A stretch of DNA of 64,000 bases, taken from Eledone cirrhosa (taxonomy: Eukaryota). The stretch is from contig OZ024748.1 in assembly GCA_964016885.1 (NCBI GenBank), positions 24,056,001 to 24,120,000 on the forward strand, in the 5' to 3' direction. Made by a program: the position numbers and the translations under genes. Below the pieces are notes generated by a model. That model was not told the origin of the DNA, did no database searches, and worked only from the letters and a program-made list of their open reading frames with translations. Positions 55,908 through 64,000 of this stretch are shown here, one piece after another (positions within the stretch are counted from its first letter, which is position 1; each line of letters opens with the position of its first letter).

Positions 55908-56455
55908 TGTTGTTATCGTTGTTACTGCTGTTATTGTTGTAATTGTTGTTGTGGTTGTTGTTGTTATTGCTGTTACTGTTGTTACTGTTGTTGTTGTTAC
56001 TGTTGTTGTTGTTGTTGTTGTTGTTGTTATTGTTGTTACTGTTGTTGTTGTTACTGTTGTTACTGTTGTTACTGTTTTTACTGTTGTTGTTGCTGTTACT
56101 GTTGTTACTGTTGTTGTTGTTGTTGTTACTGTTGTTGTTGTTGTTGTTGTTGTTATTGCTGTTACTGTTGTTGTTGTTGTTGTTGTTGTTACTGTTGTTA
56201 CTGTTGTTATTGCTGTTACTGTTGTTACTGTTGTTATTGCTGTTATTGTTGTTGTTGTTGTTGTTGATATTGTTGGTATCGTTGTTGATATTGTTGATAT
56301 TGTTGTTGTCGTTGTTGTTATTGTTGTTGTTATTGTTGATATTGTTGATATTTTTGCTATCGTTGTTGACATTGTTGATATTGTTGATATTGTTGCTATC
56401 GTTGTTGATATTGTTGTTATCGTTGTTGTTATTGTTGTTATTGTTGTTATCGTCT
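55908..56455. repeat. (GTT)n-derived trinucleotide tract
   Basis: Direct inspection. Confidence 0.95.
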
Positions 56456-56774
56456 TTTTTTATCATTATTGATATTTCTCCTGTCATGTCCTCCGTTATT
56501 GCTGTTTAACCAATGGAACGGCGTTGTTTCACTTCTTACAAACTCCATATTTTTTCAGAACTGGGTCATTGGAAATAGTTTGATGTCTATATTGTAGTAA
56601 TAGCTAACAATATAACACTGATGATGACGACGATGATGATGAGAAGAAGAAGAAGAAGAAGAAGAAGAAGAAGAAGAAGAAGAAGAAGAAGAAGAAATGG
56701 TGATGGTGAGAGTGGGAGCGACATTTGAGATATAAAGTTGGAAAAAGAAGTTAATGAGGGCTAATAATAATAAT

Positions 56775-56871
56775 TGTTTCTACTTTAGGCACAAGGCCAG
56801 CAATTATCCAGTGCATTACTGGTACTTTATTTTATCGACCCCGTAAGGATGAAAGGCAAAGTCAACCTCGG
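56775..56871 (-). mobile_element. 5'-truncated young SINE A at a CTAATAATAATAAT target
   Basis: Flanked on both sides by GGCTAATAATAATAAT. Confidence 0.9.
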
Positions 56872-56885
56872 CTAATAATAATAAT

Positions 56886-57424
56886 GATTTCATTTATTGG
56901 CCACAAGGGCCGACATGTAGGGGACAATACAAAGACAAGGACAGTGGGAGGTTTACAATAAGGTGGAGTAAAAGTGTACAATGGCAAGACTAATTTAACA
57001 ATGAAGATATAAAAATATAAAATAAACTATGCATAAATATAACAAAATAAATTCCCCTACAGGGGGTGGACGACCCTGGGGTGACTCAGGTACCCCACCA
57101 ATCCTGAACCACCCTGCGCTTCTAGGGCACCCAGGGAGAGCACCTCTCTCCTCAAATTAGTTAGCCTATAGGCGCATAGTCAGAGTAGGCCCATTCACAC
57201 GGGCCATTCTCGCCACATTCATCCACCTTTTAGCAAATGTACTGGGGGGCAGCACTTCTCTCTCCACCCTCACCTTCCTTTCCAGGTGAAACTTGAAGAA
57301 GTTGATGAGGGAAAAGTGTCTTCAGTCCTTTCAATCTGGTCCACCATATAACCTCTTTCGCAACTGCCTCCAGATAGAGGAAAATAGCCTGCTCTTCCTG
57401 GCCAAAAGGCGGTGGCGGGTCGAT
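56886..57424 (-). mobile_element. 5'-truncated Tx1-like LINE of an (ATT)n-associated family
   Basis: GGCCCATTCACACGGGCCATTCTCGCCAC is identical to the ORF2 end of the other copies (VARMARVNGP); different 3' UTR; TSD CTAATAATAATAAT. Confidence 0.85.
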
Positions 57425-57495
57425 CTAATAATAATAATCATAATTATTTTTTTTTTTTTTTCATTATCATTAGTATTATTATTATTGCTATTATT

Positions 57496-57745
57496 GTAAA
57501 TTAAAGGTGGAAAACTGGGAGAGGGCACTTGCCCTGGTGGTCAGGGCCACTGTGGTCTTTTAATGGGCTTTCTCCACAAATGTCCCTCGGAAGTCTCCCC
57601 CCTATTGGGGAATTTTTTCTTTGTTATTTTATTTCATCCTCTGTTTTTTTTTACACGCAGAAATGCCCATTTGTACCGTCCTGTATTGTCCTGTACTGTC
57701 CTTAATGTCTACTTTATGTAAACCCTTGTGGTTAATAAAGAAAAC
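57496..57745 (+). mobile_element. Tx1-like 3' UTR fragment in (ATT)n
   Basis: CCCCTATTGGGG and CCCTTGTGGTTAATAAAGAAA terminus; 18-bp TSD ATTATTATTGCTATTATT (57478-57495 / 57746-57763). Confidence 0.8.
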
Positions 57746-57954
57746 ATTATTATTGCTATTATTATTAGTATTATTATTATTATTATATATATATATATAC
57801 ATTTTTTTTTTAAATTCCAGATTTCTTACCTACTCTTTCATTCTTTCCCACTCACTCTTTCAATCGATCTCTTTCATTATCACCCTTTATCTCTCTCTCT
57901 TTCACACCCTTTCTTCATTCATCCATTTTCTTTCATTCTTTCTTCCTTCATTTT

Positions 57955-58006
<52 letters not shown>

Positions 58007-58033
58007 TATTTATTTATTTATTTATTTATTCAT

Positions 58034-58072
<39 letters not shown>

Positions 58073-58116
58073 TTCATTTCTGTCTTTCTTTCTTTGTTTC
58101 TTTGTTTCTTTCTTTG

Positions 58117-58170
<54 letters not shown>

Positions 58171-59568
58171 TCACTCTTTCTTTCCTTCACTCTTCCTTTC
58201 TTCCTTTCGTTCCTTCATCTTTCTCTGAGTCTATTTCATTTAATTTTATTTAGGAAGAAAATAAAAACTAGAATCATCTCTTAACGGAAATTAAAATATA
58301 ATGACACTTGAGATTTACTGGAACAGACAACCACGTGTACATACACATACATACTCATACACATACACATACACATACACATATACATATACATACACAT
58401 ATACATATACATACACATACATACACATACATATACATATACATACACATACATACACATACATATACATACATACATACATACATACACATATACATAC
58501 ACATACATATACATACATACACATATACATACACATACATATACATAGATACATATACACATACACATATACATACACATATACACATACATATACATAT
58601 ACACACATACACAAATACATACACATACATCTACATATAGATACATACACCCATACTTACAAATACATACACATACATGTACATACATACACATATACAA
58701 ACACATACATACACATGCATATACATACATACACATATTCATACACACACATACACATACATACATACATACACATACATAAATACATACACATGTACAT
58801 ACTCATACATGTACATACATACACACATATATATACACACATATCTACACGCATACATATAGACATACACATACACACATATAAACATATACACATACAT
58901 ATATATATTTATAAACATACACTCACATATATACACACATAAACATACATACACTTATATACAAACACACACACACACACATATATGTGTGTGTGTGTGT
59001 ATATATACATACACTCATAGATACATGCATACATAAACAGGTACATGGGTATATATATATATACATACATACACATACACGCACTCATAAACATACACAC
59101 ACATCTATATACATATATATACACATGCGCACATATAAATATATATATACACATACACACATATCCATATCCATATACATATCCATATACATATTCGTAT
59201 AATAACACCAATATTTGATATCTTTTTAGAGTTTTAATTTTACTTTGTTTATATATGTATGTATGTATATATGTATGTATATATGTACGTATGTATGTAT
59301 GTATGTATGTATGCATGTATTTATGTATGTACGTATGTATGTATATATGTAAGAATGTATATATGTATGTGTGTATGAATGTACGTATTTACGTACGTAT
59401 ATATATGTATGTTACGTACGAATGTATGTATGTCTGCATGTATGTATGTATGCATGTATGTAGTATGTCTGTATGTATTATGTATATATGTGTGTATGTA
59501 CGTGTGTATGTATGTATGTATGTATGTATGTATGTATGTATGACTATGTATGTAAGTATGTATGCATG

Positions 59569-59680
<112 letters not shown>

Positions 59681-59976
59681 CTTCCGGTTTAATAGTCTCA
59701 CAAATGTTTACCAATAGAGAGAGAGTCGGTTTCTAACATAGACACAAGATTCTCTCATTGGAATTTACACAACATCAACTAGGTAGATATGTATGTATGC
59801 ATGTATGTATGTATGTATGTTACGTATGTATGTATATATGTACGTATGTACGTATGTATGTATGCACATGTACGTACGTACGTATGTATGTATGTTACAT
59901 ATGTAAGTATGTATGTATGTTTGTATGTTACGTATGTAAGTATGTATGTATGTAAGTATGTATGTAAGTATATATG

Positions 59977-60582
59977 TCAGGTCACCAGTTGGTGCTACTG
60001 GTAACATGTATCTCAGTACAACCTGACTCATGGTCGGGTCGTTTGCGACTAAACTGGCAACCCCACCAAGGTTTCTTGGTGAGGAGGGTGACTTTGGACA
60101 TCCTGCAGGAATAAAAACAAAACCTGTCAAAGGGCAAAGGAGCTCTTAAGAGTCAATGGCCATCCAAAATCACCGGGAGAGATGATCCCTTAGCCTTTGT
60201 CAAGGCAGAATTCTAGGAGAAGGAAAACTCTGATATAACACCTGCAACCCTGATGGTATCCAATGATGTTGACTTGTTCTTCTTTTTGGTAAATATCATC
60301 TTGGTTAAGAGAGTGGGACTGGCTTTGTGCAGTGCCTTTGCTCACTATAAAAGCTTCACGGCACAGGCATTGCTTTATATCTGGAGATCTCTCTGCACTT
60401 GTCGTCACATGGTACCATAGGCCCAGCACTATGTGTCAATAATTGTCACAAGTGTAGTGTTTGTACCAGAGTTTTAGTCGCTGGCTGGACTAAAAAGCCA
60501 CACTCGTTCAGCGCATCGGTAGGAGTTCTCCTACATGGATATAAAGTAGTGGCCGTACTCGAAAACGAGTTGGCAGCCACCA
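59977..60582 (+). mobile_element. Putative non-autonomous RTE-like retroelement in (TATG)n
   Basis: CTAGGAGAAGGAAAACTCTG resembles an RTE 5'-UTR motif; no ORF; 3' end recurs inverted at 63915-64000 with the same (ATGT)n tail. Confidence 0.55.
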
Positions 60583-60999
60583 TGTATGTATGTATGTATG
60601 TTACGTATGTAAGTATGTATGTATGTATGTATGTATGTATGTATGTATGTATGTATGTATGTATGTACGTATGTATGTATGTATGTAAGTATGTATGTAA
60701 GTATGTATGTATATATGTAAGTATGTATGGTATGTATGTATGTATATATGTAAGTATGTATGTAAGTATGTAAGTATGTATCTAAGTATGTATGTATAGC
60801 TGAAAATGAAAACAAATCCTTAGTATAGTAAAATGTATTTGAAAAATGATAAAAACAATTTTTCTGATGGTTTTTTCCCTCTCTTGAAGTGTTTTTATAC
60901 AGTAACAACTTCACGTTGTAAAACATTTCATCATTAAAGAAAAACTACCATCAGAAATGTTCATTCTTATCATTTTTTTCAAATATATATATATTATGT

Positions 61000-61056
<57 letters not shown>

Positions 61057-61179
61057 TATATATATAAATACATAGTAATAAGATACACAAGTCTGTAAGT
61101 ATATATATATATTTGCATATGTATATACGTATAAATATCTGTGTGTGTATCTTAAATATATATATATATATATATATAT

Positions 61180-61360
61180 AACGAAGGAAGTGTGGTAAGG
61201 AACCAGATGGACCATAAAGCACCAGAGTACTTAATACTTAGGGTAGTAGAGTGGGTAATAGGAAAATGTTTAACCCCGACGGCAGAGCTCAAGCCGTTTC
61301 GACGGCTATTTCTGGACGTCGAAACGGCTTGAGCTCTGCAGTCGGGGTTAAACATTTTCA
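61180..61360 (-). mobile_element. Fold-back element in (TA)n with partial hammerhead motif
   Basis: ~43-bp arms GAAAATGTTTAACCCCGAC...GTCGGGGTTAAACATTTTC; GAAACGGC-TTGAGCTCT-GCCGTC on the minus strand. Confidence 0.7.
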
Positions 61361-61428
61361 TATATATATATATATATTTATTAAAATAACAGATTATTTA
61401 TTATTATTACTATATATATATATATAAA

Positions 61429-61644
61429 AGGAACGATCGACTTTCGTCAAATCGGACCGAGGAAACAATGTTTCCGTTGGTCTTTCCAATTGCTAATACT
61501 ATCTATCGGTCGCAACTCCAGGTAGAAGGAGCAACGTGAAATAAAGTGTCTTGCTCAAGGACATAACGCATCGCCTGGTCCAGGAATCGAACTCACAACC
61601 TTACGATTGCGAATCCAATTCTCTAACCACTCAGCCACACGCCT

Positions 61645-61647
<3 letters not shown>
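61429..61647 (-). mobile_element. Young SINE family D
   Basis: Near-identical to 15064-15282. Confidence 0.9.
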
Positions 61648-62015
<368 letters not shown>

Positions 62016-62896
62016 TCAAGAATAAACAAGACAAAATCAGGGTCTCATTAGGTTCACTCCTGGGAAGACGTAAACGAGGGTTTCCGAAAATCTCGGGAGA
62101 TTAGATGGGAGAGAAGGCTGCGGCTGAGGAAGGTGATGTGCTGTACTCGGGCCTTGAGAGGGGTGGGCTCTGCCAGGCTTAAAATGCCAAAGAAAGGCCG
62201 TATGTCAATACGGTTCCCCCGCGACTCTATCCGGAGGTACGAGACCATGTATACATATTCTATCCTATTGCTTTTTTGTATCCATGTAGATAGAAAATAA
62301 ACTGTTTTAATATTAATTCCATTGCCGTGTTAGCGTATTACCAATTACAGCAGATAAGTTTTACCAATTCATATAATATCGATTACTAATTTAGGCTCAG
62401 CAAATTTGAATGGCGAGCAGAGCTGATTGGATCAACAACTCGTACCTAACTATATGTTATCAACACTGGAAGGTTGGAAGGTAAAGTTGACATTGGCATG
62501 ATTTAGACTCAGAATATAAAGAACCAGAACAAATACCGCACTGGCATCTTATCAGACACTCTACCAATTCTACCAACCCATTACACTTCTTTGAATTAAT
62601 ATCACAGACTAATGTAACAATTTCCACCTTTTACTCCATTAATCTAGAGACAATCTTTGTGGAGTAATGTCCTTTGCATCTCATTTCCTCAAACATCTCC
62701 CAACAAATTATTATTAAAATATATATCCTTTTATTTCAATTCGCTAATATTCTTTATTCTTTTATTCTTTCATTTGTTGACTACGGCCATGTTGGGGCAC
62801 TGTCGTGGTTTAGTCGAACACGTTGAATCCAGTACTTATTTCTACAAGTCTAGTACTAATTTTATCGCTCTCTGTATTGTCTAACAGCTATGTTAC

Positions 62897-62938
<42 letters not shown>

Positions 62939-62951
62939 CATATATAGAAAT

Positions 62952-63110
62952 GCGACGGGTTTCTGCAGGTTCCATTTTCCGAATTCCACTGACAGGGTTT
63001 TATTCAGACGAAGTCTATTGTACAAGGAAGAGACTTGCCCAAGGTGCCACTCAACGAGACTGAAACTCGAACCAATTGGCTGCGAATCAGTCAATGAACC
63101 ATTCAGCCAA
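62952..63110 (-). mobile_element. SINE family B, CORE-like
   Basis: Minus strand GGCACCTTGGGCAAGTCTCTTC...GAAACCCGTCG. Confidence 0.7.
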
Positions 63111-63142
63111 TATCCTCCCATATCATTCACATCTCTATATAA

Positions 63143-63359
63143 TGTTTTCTGATTTAGACACAAGGCCAACAATTTGGGGGGAGGGGAAAGTCGATTAAAT
63201 CTACCCCAGTGCATGACTGGTACTTTATTTTATCGACTCCGTAAGGATGAAAGGGAAAGATAACCTCGGTGGGTTTTGAACTCAGAACGTAAAGGACCGT
63301 AATTCTATGCGACAAAGTATGTTGTCCGACGCTCTACCGATTCTGCCAATCCACCGCCG
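63143..63359 (-). mobile_element. SINE A, full length
   Basis: GGCGGTGGATTGGCAGAATCGG head, B box, core and tail. Confidence 0.9.
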
Positions 63360-63529
63360 TCACGTACGTAACCTTACATTCGGTTAGAACCGAATGTAAG
63401 GTTACTCCGATGAAAAACTCTATTTTCATTGTTTTTTTAGCCTATTTATTCTATTCTTTAATTCCACAATCTTCTCCTCCTTAGCTTTCAAACCCTTCAA
63501 ATTGATATATTGTGTTTTATTTAATGATG

Positions 63530-63605
<76 letters not shown>

Positions 63606-63914
63606 CATTTTAAAATCCCACTGACACAGCACTTCATATTGACTTAATAAATCCCAAATTGAAATGCTAGCTAGCACACATAGGTATTACTTATTTCATT
63701 GAAATGTATAATTAATCAGAGTTTAACTTAGAATTGATTTGATTTTAATCTATTTATTATAGATTTCTGCAAGGTAAGACATTAGATTTTATAATATATG
63801 TACTTTTGCCAAGCTTTTGGGAATACACATTCAGACACACACATACATACATACATACATACATACATACATACATACATACATACATACATACATACAT
63901 ACATACATACATAC

Positions 63915-64000
63915 ATGGTGGCTGCCAACTCGTTTTCGAGTACGGCCACTACTTTATATCCATGTAGGAGAACCCCTACCGATGCGCTGAACGAGTGTGA
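63915..64000 (-). mobile_element. 3' end of a second copy of the 59977-60582 element (runs off the window)
   Basis: Near-exact reverse complement of about 60499-60583, with (CATA)n flank. Confidence 0.85.

Noticed and set aside
62040-62250. GC-rich patch with short GGTCTC/GAGACC inverted ends
   Set aside because: Inverted repeat too short, no clear TSD, and no recognisable ORF.

Overview
Eukaryotic, AT-rich, extremely microsatellite-dense DNA. By inference from the SINE families and repeat landscape it is probably cephalopod (Octopus-like). No convincing host protein-coding gene was found, and nearly all listed ORFs are artefacts of simple repeats. The centrepiece is an intact full-length L1/Tx1-type LINE (about 25527-31370: ORF1 with a CCHC knuckle, ORF2 with APE endonuclease, RT and zinc finger) inside a (TATC)n array with a ~42-bp target-site duplication (TSD). 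Four further 5'-truncated copies also sit at TATC/GATA or GA repeats. Two related copies sit instead in (ATT)n repeats with their own TSDs, which suggests a microsatellite-targeting LINE group with switched specificity. The most abundant tRNA-derived SINE shares its 3' end and ATTA-starting targets with the ATT-type LINE. A second recurring system is a set of short fold-back elements, mostly in (TA)n tracts, carrying complete or partial hammerhead-ribozyme motifs (Penelope-like). Also present: degraded RTE and R4/Dong-like LINE remnants, a hAT-like MITE, a putative non-autonomous RTE-like element in (TATG)n, and several minisatellites built from microsatellites. Repeat boundaries were read by eye and are approximate.
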